The notes under the pieces are model-generated. The model was not told the DNA's origin. It ran no database searches and was given only the letters and a program-made list of their open reading frames with translations. 64,000 bases of DNA from Monocercomonoides exilis PA203 (taxonomy: Eukaryota; Protista; Preaxostyla), in the NCBI GenBank assembly GCA_001643675.2, contig LSRY02000043.1:372001-436000 (forward strand), given 5' to 3'. The position numbers and the translations under genes were made by a program. Below are positions 47,735 through 60,331 of this stretch, one piece after another; position 1 is the first letter of the stretch, and every line of letters begins with the position of its first letter.

Positions 47735-50700
47735 TTACTTAGCTATTCCCGACACAAGTCTCTGGGTCTTCCTGTTTCTCAGCAGCGTCACAAGCATCAC
47801 AAACAAATTGCAGCCCAAAACGAAGCCCATGTAGAAGATCACATTCACCGCCAGCATCGTGTCCTTCGTGTTCTGCCTCGACCACAGGCGGTAGATGAGG
47901 AAGAGACACACAAAGAACATCGGAATCAGGATTGACTCAATGCTTGTGCTCACAACTTTGATAACCTGCCTGGAAAAGAGAGACTTGTGAGGCACAGCTG
48001 GCTGGCTTGATAAAGAGGAAGAGGAAGAAGGAGAGGAAGAAATAGAAGCAGAAGAAGAAGAAGAAGCACTGGAAGAAGAAGAAGAAGAAGAAGAAGATGT
48101 TGAAGAAGTAGAAGAAATACCCAGTTCTCTAAAGCATGCACGTTGAATTGTGTCGACGATGAAGTTCATGTCCATAAAGAGAAAGACCATCAGACCAAAC
48201 TTCACAAACGCCATTTGCACAACGCTGATGTACTCGTGGTTGCTGTACCCGAAGATGCCCTTCCAGATCAAAGTCGCGTCGACCTGTGTGGAAAGGGGAA
48301 GGAGAAGGGGAAGGAGAAGGGGAAGGAGAAGGGGAAGAGGAGGGAAAGAGAGAAAGAGAAAGAAAGAGAGAAAATAATAAATGTGTTATGTTCGAGGAAA
48401 TGGAGAAAGAGAGAATAAATAAATAAAACAAAAATAATATTACAATTATAATAAATCCAAGCAAAATAAAGCCAAAAAAATAAAGAAAAGAAAAGAAAAG
48501 AAAAGAAAAGAAAAGAAAAGAAAAGAAAAGAAAAGAAAAGAAAAGAAAAGAAAAGAAAAGAAAAGAAAAGAAAAAGAAAAAGAAAAGAAAAGAAAAGAAA
48601 AGAAAAGAAAAAGAAAAGAAAAGAAAAGAAAAGAAAAGAAAAAGAAAAAGAAAAGAAAAGAAAAGAAAAGAAAAGAAAAGAAAAGAAAAGAAAAGAAAAG
48701 AAAAGAAAAGAAAAAAAAAGAAAAGAAAAAGAAAAGAAAAGAAAAGAAAAGAAAAGAAAAGAAAAGAAAAGAAAAGAAAAGAAAAGAAAAGAAAAGAAAG
48801 AAATGAAAACCAAATAAAAAAATCATCACACATTCAAAGTGACATCTTCACCCAAATGTCCCAGCCACGCCAATGGAGAGAACACAATCACAGTCGCTGC
48901 AAAATAAAACACCAAATACTCCAACAGACAGCTTCTCACAGAAGAATTAGAAGAAGAATTAGAAGAAGAATTAGAAGAAGAAGAAGCAGATGAAGAAGAA
49001 AAAGTGCTCAGCCCTAGTTCGAGTGAGCTTTCCTGCTTTGCTCTGCGGCGCTGTGCGCGAGCAGCCGATGAAGAAGAATGCTGCAGAAGCATCTCGACCG
49101 AGTAAGCGATGATTGGGTAGACACAGAACTTGTTGATGACGAAGTGGAAGAGGTACACGAGGGTGTGCAGGAAATGCGCATCCAACATGGCGAAGGAGAT
49201 GAACAGCGTCGGCAGCTGCAGAGGAGAAGGAGGAGAATAACAAGCAGAGAAGGACTCGAGCAATGAGCCGGTTTCAATAAATGCCTGGCTGAAGGAAAGG
49301 GTGCTGGCGGAGGCAGAGTACTGGGAGATGGGAGAGAGGCAGATGATGGCGATGTAGATGGCACTGGAACAGATGATGAGGATCTGAATTATGAAGAATA
49401 TGTGGAGGAAGAGGAAGAAGAGGAGGAGGAAGAGGAGGAGGAAGAGGAGGAGGAAGAGGAGGAGGAAGAGGAGGAAGAAAGAGGAAGAAGGGGAAGAAGA
49501 TAATAATGAAATGATTATAATAATAATAAAGAAAATGATAAAGGAGAAAATAAATGAGTTAAATATTTGTTTTCATAGAACAAAGAGTGAAAATAAAACG
49601 GGGGGCGGGGGGGGGGGGGAGGTGAGGGAATATAAAACATTAAAATAAAAATATAATAAAAACAAAAGCAAAAGCAAAAGCAAAAAATTCAAAACAAGAT
49701 TCAGATGCATACAACAGACGGATGGAATCCAAAGGGATAACTGATGGTGATGTAGTGTGGATCAGTTTTGGCCCATCCCACATGCGCCTCGTGGTTAGAC
49801 AGAATGAAGGGATCACAGAATATCTCTGAAGGAGATTGAAAGAAAAAAAAAGAAAAAAGGGAATAAAAATTAATTAAGATTATTTTGAAAAAAAAAATTA
49901 TGAAAAATTGAATTAAAAAAATAAATAAATAAATGTGCAAATAAATAAATAAAACATATCAAACACATAAAACACATAAAAAATAAAAATAAAAAACTCT
50001 TGCACACTCAGCAACCACAGCATGACCAGTGAATAAAAATGCACCACCATCATCGCCTTAAACCCAGACAGCCCGCTTCCACTCGGAATATTCTGCGTCT
50101 TCCTCTTCTTCCTCAGTAGCACACGCATCGCTGCAGGCACCAGAATCTCAAACACCAAATACACCCACGTCAACACACTGTACAGCGCATGCGTCGCATT
50201 CGTCGTGCTGCCTTCGCCCACCCACTTGCTTTTGGTCAGCTTTGGAAACACCAAAAGAGCCAGGACATGCGCTAGAATCACTCCCAGACACAGGAAGATC
50301 TCCTTCCGCTTCCTCTCGTGCTTGCCCTGGCGCAGAGCGGGCATTCCAATAGAAGTTAAAGAAGAAGAAAGAGAAGAGGAAGAGGAAGAAGAGGATGATA
50401 ATGAAGAATCTTTTCCTTCATCCGTTGCAGATGAAGGGAACAGCGAATTGTCTTCGAACGAAGAATTCAGCAGACTATCATAACCTCCCTTGTTCTTCTT
50501 CTTCAGCCGGCTTTGGATCAAGTAAAGTGTGCACATCAGAACAAACGTCTGTGCAATCACCAGGAATATGAAGATCTTCAGCTTGATAATCATCTTCGGC
50601 TTCTTGACAAACAAGAAAGAGAACATATACCCCGTCAAAAAGAACCGCAGCAGCATAAACAGAACTAGCATCGACGAAGACTTCAATCGAGATGCCTTTC

Positions 50701-52266
50701 CAGACGAATGTTTAGAGCCGCTCTGTGAATCTTCTGAGTCCTCACCTTCTTTCTTGCCCTTCAGCAGCCTCCGGATAACTGCCACATCGCCTGCGCTGTA
50801 CCGCAAGTTCAGTGCCACATACGCCACCAGATACACACACGACCACACATAATCGCCCACCCTTTTTCCAGCCGTGACGTCCAAATACATCGCCCTCTGC
50901 GTCGTGTTGAATGCGCTCTCAAACTCGTTCCACTTCTCCAGCCGCCGGAGCGCCACCTCCTCTCCGCTCGCCGCCCGCTTCTTGACTTCGCTCAGCGGCA
51001 TGCCCCAGTCTTCGAACGGCTTCAGGTCCCAGTTAAGAACAGTGTGGAAGCTCGAGGGAACTTTGTGTGAAGTCGTCCGGTTCAGCAGGAAGCTCAGCTG
51101 GCGCAAAGCTTGCTTCTTCACTTTGATCTCGTCTCGCACATCCTCAAACGAGTTGCGTGGGATTCCCACGGAGTTCCCTGGAATGTCAGTGTTGTTCAGA
51201 TACTTTATGATTGTCGCACAGATGTCGACAACATCCATGTGCCTGAAATCCTTGGTGAAACGAGGGTTGTAAAAGAAAAGCCAGCCTTCGTTATCCTTTG
51301 TGCAACCTCCGTGCAGGCACAATTCTCCATCTTCGGCTATAAGTCATTTAGAAAAATTTGCAAAAACATGAAATTTAAAAATTTTAAAGTTGTGAATTTA
51401 TAATCAAATAAATATATAAAAGTGAAAAGCAAAAAAGAAGGAAGCAAACTAAAATCATCGTATCCGTGATCCGTGTTGATGATTAGAAGATAATCTGGAT
51501 GTTTATCAACAAAATCTTTAACAACTCTCATATTTTCAGCAAATTTATCAGCCAATATTTTTAGTGCAGCAGTATTGTTAACTGCAACTGCTCCGTGCAT
51601 CACATTATCAGATGAAGATGTGTAAGTCATAAAGGAATGACCTTTATTTGACAATTGCTCAAAATGATCGGTTAATTTGGCTTTATTCTCATCTGAGTCA
51701 AAAAAGTATGGGAAGATAACTAAATGTTGTTGAACAAATTGTTCTCCATAATCAACAATATTAAAAAACTCTCTTTTTCTGTAATCATCTCCAAATACAG
51801 TAGAATAAACCCATGTTTCACCTTCCAGCCAAATTTTTTTTTCTTTCCAAGCTCTATTAATTGCAGGAAAAATTGAATCGCCTTTCATAAGCATAATATT
51901 CGGCTTATCATTATCTCTTCCTGTAAACCATGTTTTTAAAAGTTCAAAGGTATATCGTATTTGATTTGTATGGGTCATATAGCGCTTTGTATTATCGTCA
52001 AAAATATCACGTAATTTTTGCGTAACTTTCCACGAAACTCCATCAACAGCAAACCAAATGAATTTATCAAATTGCTCCCTTGTTGAAGGTTCGAATTCCG
52101 GACATCCTTTCGCACAATATTCATATACGCCTGCTTCTTTTGTGTTCAATGTGAAATAATGTGTCATAACGAGTCCTACACAACAAAGCATAACTGTAAG
52201 TATCAAATACCCGAAATTTTCATGAAGCTTTTTCCTAATCAGTGAAATAGAACCCGGCTTAGACAT
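47735..52266 (-). CDS. GPI ethanolamine-phosphate transferase-like protein (PIG-G/O/N class; alkaline-phosphatase superfamily plus multi-TM region)
   Basis: N-terminal TM, FAVDG, RYTFELLKTWFTG (compare TxTxxRLKxxxTG), DNVMH, INTDHG and LHGG, then many TM helices. Last exon uncertain. Confidence 0.78.
48482..48800. repeat. (GAAAA)n pentanucleotide microsatellite, intronic
   Basis: Directly visible, about 320 bp. Confidence 0.95.
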
Positions 52267-53849
52267 TTATGAACGGTAAAAATAGATTCTATCTTTAATA
52301 GAGATCCATAAACCCACTGTTTTACTTATTTATTTTATAAAAATTCAAAAGAAGAACATATCTAGAATGAAATGCTTCAAAACACGAAAATGGAAGAAAG
52401 CAGTATGTTTTTGTTAAATGAAAACGATGACAAGTCAATGCTCAGAAAGGAAAAGAAAATTTTTTAAAAACGATAATGAAAATTTGTAACATTCAATATG
52501 ATTTTTTTTTAAATTTTATTTATTTTATAATAATGATTAATTTTGAATCCATCAAATAGAGCAAAATTTTGAAGTAGAAGAATCTTTAAACTGTTTTTGA
52601 TTAAATGATTTCCATTTAAACCTTTTCAAATTCAATCTTCACATGAATAATCTGAAAGTATTACACTCATCACTCTCACGTTCATTTCAAAAAAAGAGAA
52701 AATCAATTAAAAATTGAAAGAAAAAATCAAAATACACTGAATAAATAAAACATCTTTTAAATAATCACATTGTTGCTTTCTTTTACATCTTTGATTGCAA
52801 CTTACTTACTTGTAGCTAAGGAATCAATGTATTCTTCTCCATTAGCAGTATCATTCAATTCCCGTTTTAGAGAAGCTGAAGAAAAATAACACATTTAAAA
52901 CAGCACCCTGAACTGTGAAGTAACTATAAATAAGACATGATCACAGCACATTTTACAACCTCCTTTTTATCAGCCAGAATAAAATCGGTGGCATCAATGT
53001 AGTTGATGATAATTATTGCAGAAAAACAAACGTTACATAACGGACAATATAAAACTCTACTAACTCCCTGTACCTATGAGAAAGTTATTTACTCGTTAGT
53101 TCGTTTTCCTCGACTGTGTCTTCGCTTCCCACTCATGCACACATCCTCTATGTATCAAATACAAAAATTACAGCAACTGTGATTTTTTTCTGATTTCATT
53201 TAAGTTTCAATCAATTTTCTCAAATTGAGCATTTGAGTTCAATTTCTTTTTCTCTTCATTTCCGATAGCAATCCATATGAATGAAAATTTTGTCACCTTT
53301 CATTTTCTTTTCACGTGAATTGTGAAATATCATTTTCTGATTCAAAAAACACAACGCCAACTCTGAAACATTTATTTCTTCGAATTGTCTTCATCAAATG
53401 GAAATTGATTTCGTGATAAACAATTTTTATTGTTTTTATATCTTCAAAAAGAATTTCCTTTATCATACCAATGATCAATTCATCAATTCTCTTTTATTAT
53501 GAAATACCCATTATTTCTTGTCAGTTAACTGTTTTTTTATAATGTTTCACAAGATTTACATTTTACATTCGCTTTCGCCTTTGAATTCAGTTCATCATTC
53601 TCGTGCTTCGTTACAAGTTGAATGCTATTCGAGTTTTGCAATCTGAAGAAGGCCATCTCTGCAATCATTCATTCCAGATGATCTTTCTTTCCCTTCTCTT
53701 TCCTTTTTGGCTGATCATCCTTCGATCTCCAAATAGAATAATTAGAATCGACCACCATTTTTAATTGAGAGTATGTTACTCTGCTTTTCTCGACTGAATG
53801 TTGAATTCTTACATTGATAAATATTTTCGACTGAAATCCTGCAATTGAA

Positions 53850-56800
53850 TAATCATTAATTTGCATTTCTGAATATGAACAAAAGACAAGGTTTGACGTT
53901 GAATTTATTGAAAGTTTAATGAAATGGAAAAAACATTATTTTTGTTGTTTATCACAAAAGACGTTGAGGAAGAAGAAAAAATGAATCGAAATGGATTCAT
54001 CAAAAAGGCATTTCATCACAAGAATTATGAATGAAAAATGAAAATAAGTCGCAATTGTTGATTCATCTGCTGAGAAGAAGAAATATGAACAAGACAATTT
54101 TCGGTTCAATTTGGTTGAGATTCATATTTAACAGCTTAAATGAATTAGAATGTTGATGCCCTGATCCAATTCCCAAGTGGGAGGAATGAAGCAAAGATGA
54201 AGCAGAAGAAGGTTAAATTATTAGACGAAAAAGGAATCCTCAAAAATTTTTATGATCTTCAAGAAGAAGATTTTGAGAAGGATTAATACGCTTTTGAAGA
54301 TTGGTCAAAACATCGCTTTTAATGAGCGAAATTCAAACAATTCTAAGAATGGTAATCACAAAATTCATTACCGATAGAATAATGCAAATCGATCCAGATA
54401 GATTTCAACACTTCATTAACTGACTTTGCGAGGTCGTACCGTAACTTCTTGAAACTAACAGAAAATGGCATTGAGTTGTTGATACCCAATAATAAAACGA
54501 ACGAAATAAATATCTAACGAAGATATTGACAAAGAAGAAGATGATGATGAAGTATTGACAGATGAAGCGGAGGAGGTGGGCCTTTTGACTGAAAGACGGA
54601 ATTAAAAAAGCTTCTGGTGAAAGAAAGAGAGAAAGAAAGAGAGAGGGAAGAAGGAAAGGAGGAAGAAACAGAAGCAGAAGAAATGGCAGAGGGAGAAGTA
54701 CAACTAAAACCAACAGCAGCAGAAGGAGGAGGAGAAAGATAAGATGATGATGAATAAGCGAAAGGAACAGGAACAAGAACAGGAGCATTCACAGGAGCAG
54801 CAGACATCTGTACCGGCAGTAAGGAAAAGAAGAAAAGGAAGAAGAGGAGGAGGAGAAACAGGAAGAAGAAGAAGAAGAAGATAATGAAGAAGAAGAAGAA
54901 GAAGAAGAAGAAGAAGATGATGATGATGATGATAAGGAGGAGGAGGAGGAGGAGGTAGTTCTATCGATGGTGATTGTACTGAGGATGAGGGAGGAAAAGA
55001 GAGGGAGAGTCATTAAAGAGGTAGAAGAGGATGGGGGCGATAATATTTTTTAAAAATTGTGGGTAATGGTGATACGATGGAGAGCGCAGAGATTATAAGA
55101 GTACCTTAGGTTCAGGTGAAGGGGACTGAGGAGAGAGAGATGAATCGGGAAACGATGATTAAATAGAGGATGAGGAAAAAGAAGAAAAAGAAAATAATGT
55201 TATTGATTGCGATGGTTGTGATTGAGAGATACCACTGGAGGCTGTTGTGGTGCTAGTTGTGCTATTTCTTGCAATTATTGCATCAGTCAAGCTGAAGGAA
55301 GGTATCTTGTTGTAAGTTAAAGTTGAGCTGAGGAGGGTAAGGGAGCCTTTTGGTTTTGAAGAAGAGGAGTGAGGGGAGAAAGTTGGATTGGGGAATGAAG
55401 ATAATGAGGGAGGGGAAGGAGAGAATGAAGAGGGAGAGGGAGAGGGAGAGGAGGAAGAGTGGGGAGAAGCAGTTACAGAAGAAGAAGATATGATAGAACC
55501 AGATCAGGAACAGGAATGGAAACAGATGCATCTTCTGGGTGAGCAAACTTCTTAACCAGCAAGCAAGAAGAAGGAAAAGAAGGAGAGAAGTAGAGAATCC
55601 ACACAAAAAGACAAAGATATGTTTTTGACTCACCGAAGAAAGAGTAAAAATGAATAACGTAACATTGATGAAGCAAGAATTCGCATCTGCTTTGTCAACC
55701 AAGAGAATGGGGTAACAGATTGAGACGGAAAGTGCAGAAGAGGAAGAGGCAGAAAGAGACATTGGAGGAGTGAGTGCCTAGGAACAAGGAGTAGGAAGAG
55801 CGGAGTGATGGCAACAATGGCGACAGCTATGAAAACAGCAACATTAGCAGCACAAATTGCATATGCACCATTAATAGTGTTGGTAGAAGCTGTGTAGAAG
55901 CAGAAATAGAAGCAGCGGTAGGAGAGGGTGCGCCTACGGCATCGGCTTTCCTTTGTTTACAGACGGATTGAGAGAAGGAGTTGGATGAAGTTGAGGAAGG
56001 AGCAAAAAGAAGAAAGAGAAGAGACAGAGGACAAAACAAGATGGGACAGGAGCTGCGTCTGTTGGGGCCGTACTGCAGTTGACTTGGGGGTAAGCATTCA
56101 CTTGGGGCGAAGATGCAAGGAGAAAGGATGATTCTGAGGAGAGAAGGAAAGAAGAGGAATGGAAGAGAATAATAAGGAAGAGATGGAAAAAAGGGCGAGT
56201 GCATCAGAATGTGACGAATCATTTGCCCTTTTCTCATCTTCTACTCAAATTTCCATGTCCATTCAATGTATTCCAAAGTGATTCGTGGTCTTCTTCTCAG
56301 TTGCCAGCTTTTGGATGCAAAATTAGGTTATATTCTCTCTGTTTCCAGCACCTTGAGCTTGCGTGATGGTGAAAATTGGAGATAAGAAGGATACGACGGC
56401 TTAGGCGTATTTAGCAGTTGTTGTGGGATTGATGGATAAGGCTGATGAGACGGATAAGGCGAATAAGTCAGGCATGATGAGTGTGATCGAAAAGGAGGAT
56501 GTTGTAGAAATGGAGGATATGGTTTCTCTTCTTTGGAGCTGTCGTAGTCATGGTCTTCATTTTCGTCTTCCTCATCGTCACCTTCTTCTTCTGGTGCTGT
56601 TTCGTTGTCCTTTTCAGTTGTGTGCATATTGCAGCATATATCGATGCGATAATCAATGAAGGAGCTGATGAAGGAAAAAGAGAAGGATATGAAAATGAAA
56701 AAGGTTATGAACAAAAGAAATAAATTGTTAAAGAGAAAAGCAGATGCAGAGCGGGAAGAGAAAAAAAAGGTTAAGAAGCGGAAAAGAGAAAAGATAGAAA

Positions 56801-57060
56801 AGATAGAAAATGTTAAAGAGAGAAAACAGGAAGAATATGAAGAAAAAGAAGAAAAAGAAGAGAAAGGAGAGAAAGAGAGAAGGAAAGAAGGAGAAGAATA
56901 GAAAGCTGATGAAGATAAATTGTTTTCAGATGAAATAAAGAAAGAATTTGAAAAAGATGTGGAAAAAAGAAATGAAAAGAAAGAAATGAAAAAAAGAATT
57001 TGAAGAGAAAGAAAAGGAAGAGAAACTTGAAAAAAAGGGAAAGAAGAAAATGAAAGAAGA
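53850..57060 (+). pseudogene. Heavily decayed purine-rich (Glu/Lys-type) coding remnants
   Basis: GAA/GAG/GAT-rich codon-like texture with stops in all frames and no intact ORF. Confidence 0.4.
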
Positions 57061-57189
57061 AAACTATGATGTAAATATTTATCGATTTGAATTCAATGCA
57101 AAAAATTCTTTTCCAACGCAGAATTATTTCACTAGTATTATTTCCTTCCATGCTCTCACTTCTTAACTCCTATCGGCCTCCATCTGAGT

Positions 57190-57359
57190 ATCTCTCTTTC
57201 TCTTTCTTTTTCTCTTTCTCTATCTCTTTCTCTTTCTCTTTCTCTTTCTCTTTCTCTTTCTCTCTTTCTTTCTCTCTATCTCTCTGTCTCTTTCATTTCT
57301 CTTCTTTATCTCTCTCTCTCTCTCTCTCTTTTTTTTTTTTTTTTCTCTTTCATTTCTCT

Positions 57360-57412
<53 letters not shown>

Positions 57413-57417
57413 TTCTC

Positions 57418-57452
<35 letters not shown>

Positions 57453-57800
57453 TCTTTCACTTGAACTTCATCGTAATATCGACTTCTTGCTTCAAATAAT
57501 GACTCGGTTGAATTTTCATATTTTGTTTCTCTCCTTCTCTCCTTCTCTCCTTCTCTCTTTCTCTCTTTCTCTCCTTCTCTCTTTCCTTTCCCTTTTCCTT
57601 TTCCTTTTCCCTTTTCCTTTTCCTTTTCCTTTCATTTCCATTTCCTTTTCTATTCCCTTTTCCTTTTCCTTTCCTTTTCTCCTTCTCTCTCCTTCTCTCT
57701 TTCTCAATCTGACTGACTGTCTGTCTGTCTATATTGCTTTTTCTTTTTCTCTTGCTCTTTATCTCTCTTTCTCTTATCTCTCTATATCTCTTTCTATGTA
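57190..57800. repeat. Compound CT/CTTT/CCTTTT pyrimidine microsatellite block
   Basis: Directly visible. Confidence 0.9.
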
Positions 57801-60331
57801 TGTTTTATATGTCTGTGTGCATGTGTGCATATATGTGTGTTTGTGTGTTTAAATATGTGAATGTGAATGAGCGTATGTGGATGTGTGTCTATCTATCTGC
57901 CTGCCTGACTGTTTCTTTGTCTGTATGGATGTTAGTATAGATGCATGTTTGGGTGAATGAATAAAAGTTAGTTTGGCATGAATGTTAGAAAGGAAGAGAG
58001 AATACATATGTATCTTTGAGTTTCATTCCAAACAAGCACCTCCATTCAATCAGCCCGGTATTCTCCTGATTTCCCAATCAAATATACCACATTCCCCCAT
58101 CTCATCATTAAATTTTTCAAATGCTCCTCCAAACTAACACCTCCTCGTTCACAATACAGAAACACTTCAGATTTGGGGATTCTTGAAACAGAATGCAGAA
58201 TTTCTCCTCCACAGAATTCTATTGCTGTTCATTTGTTATGTGATTATTGTTTGTTGACAGATGAAAACTCGCACAAGATTTTGTTCTGCTTATTTTGCAT
58301 CTTCTATTGATTGATATCCAGGAGAAATGAATAGGCCCGTTTCTTCAAAGAAATAATTGTTACAATGGATGTATTGGAATGATGCTCATTTTTGCAGATT
58401 GTATTATTAAATGACGTGCAATAATTTCCCAAATAGAACAGAAAAATAGAAGAATGATTCTTCACATTATTTTTATCAAGAAATCAATCAAGCTAGATGA
58501 CTTCTTCAAAGACCATTTAATGGCAAAGGTGAAGAAGAAGACTCTTCGAAAGGGGCTGCAGTTGCATTGAATCGCTTCGAAAGTAGAAATGGATGCCAAA
58601 GATGATGGTGAATGTGTGGAATTCGGCTTTTTATGCAGAAAGCGAGTAAACAGCAGCATAGTTGGATTTCTGCATGGTTACGAATAACCAGCACTTCTTT
58701 CTGGTAGAAAATGTATGCAAACCAGCAAACATAATCGAAGAAAAATTGACAGAACAGAAATATACCTGGTCATTGAAGCATGTTTCAAAAGTTGACAAAC
58801 TCGTTCTGTGTTGCAAAATGATAATTTGAAGGCAATTCAAACAACAAATTCTCAAATATGAATAGATCGTTTCTCTCATCAACCAACATAAGCATTATCA
58901 ATGAAGATGTTGGAAGAAAAGAAGACGATGGAGAAAATGCATGCCTTATGAAAATACTTCTTGAGATATGATATCCTTCAGAAGTACGCTCAATGAAATA
59001 AAGACTGTTGATTGTAAAGGAAAAAGTCCTAAAAAATGAAACAAGAATTAGCTTTTCGTTGATTATAAACATTTCTCAAAAGCCCACACCTGACCTTCCA
59101 ATCGCAAAAGCAGAAAATTGCTCAGTCATTGATGCTATCAATCTCCATTTCCATTGCTTCGCAGTGCTCCTTCCTCCGTCATCCTTTTTTACTTCATGAA
59201 TATCCTGCTTTCGATATTGGAATCCACTTTCTTTGCTAGAAAAAGTGTCTTAGCATTTATTCATTTTCAAATGCTGTGCATTTGATTTGCATTCTTCTTT
59301 TCCTCTTCAACTAATTGCTTTTCATATGAATTTGTTTTCATTCCCTTATCCAATTGAATGCGCAAAACAAATATGAAATTCATATCTACTGATTTGAACT
59401 TAATACTTAGCTCTCTTCTGATATTTTGTTTTGAAAGGAAAAAGATTGTCCAATGAAAACAATTTGTCAGATCTTTGTCCTTGAAGAAGACTGCAGATTG
59501 AAATGTATTTGAAATGAATGAAAACAATATAAAACTGCAAACATTCAATTCTTTACATTCAGTATTTTGGGAAAAACTTTTCCCTCAAGGATTCTTTTCA
59601 AAAATCATCAGACGAAATTCCATCATCGTAATGTTTGTTCAACCTTCCATTCCGTCACAGAAAATAAAATTACTAAGTCCAAATGAATTGTCAGTTCGCT
59701 GATATCTCATTTTGACATGAATATTGTCGTTCAAATAAAAGGATTTAGATCACATCTCCCATAACTATGGTTGTTCCGGGACAGAATGATTCGTTTCACA
59801 AAATACGTTAAATGGATAAATAAACTGATTCAAAAAAGTATTAAACATGATAGTTAAAGAAAAAAGTTCATTTTCAAGATTTGCGTAAATATTTGATGAA
59901 CATTCTTTCAAACTGCAAAGAAAATGGATATAAAACTGGAAACAAGTCTTTCTTTCAGTTAGCAACCTTAATTTATTTTGTATTCAATAAAAATTGTGGT
60001 TGTTATCATTATTATGAACATTATGAAATTTGAAATTTAAAAAAAAAGGAAAGAATAAACATGTGTTACATGCTGACATTTGACGATCCAAAAAATTCAA
60101 CTGACTGACATTGAGCTCAAAAAGAGTTTTTTTTAAATATTTCACATTTTCATTTAAAATGATCAATTTTTTTCAAAAATAAATCAATAATTCATAATTA
60201 TTATTAATAATAAAATAAACATTTTGTGAATTATTAGTATTGACTATTTTATGGGTTTCTGACACGGAAGTCTATTTCGGATTTTTATGATCTACTGACT
60301 TTCAGTGAAGTCATTGACATTCAGTGTCAAA

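Noticed and set aside
48129-48833. Phe/Leu/Ser-rich ORFs
   Set aside because: Read-through of an intronic (TTTTC)n microsatellite.
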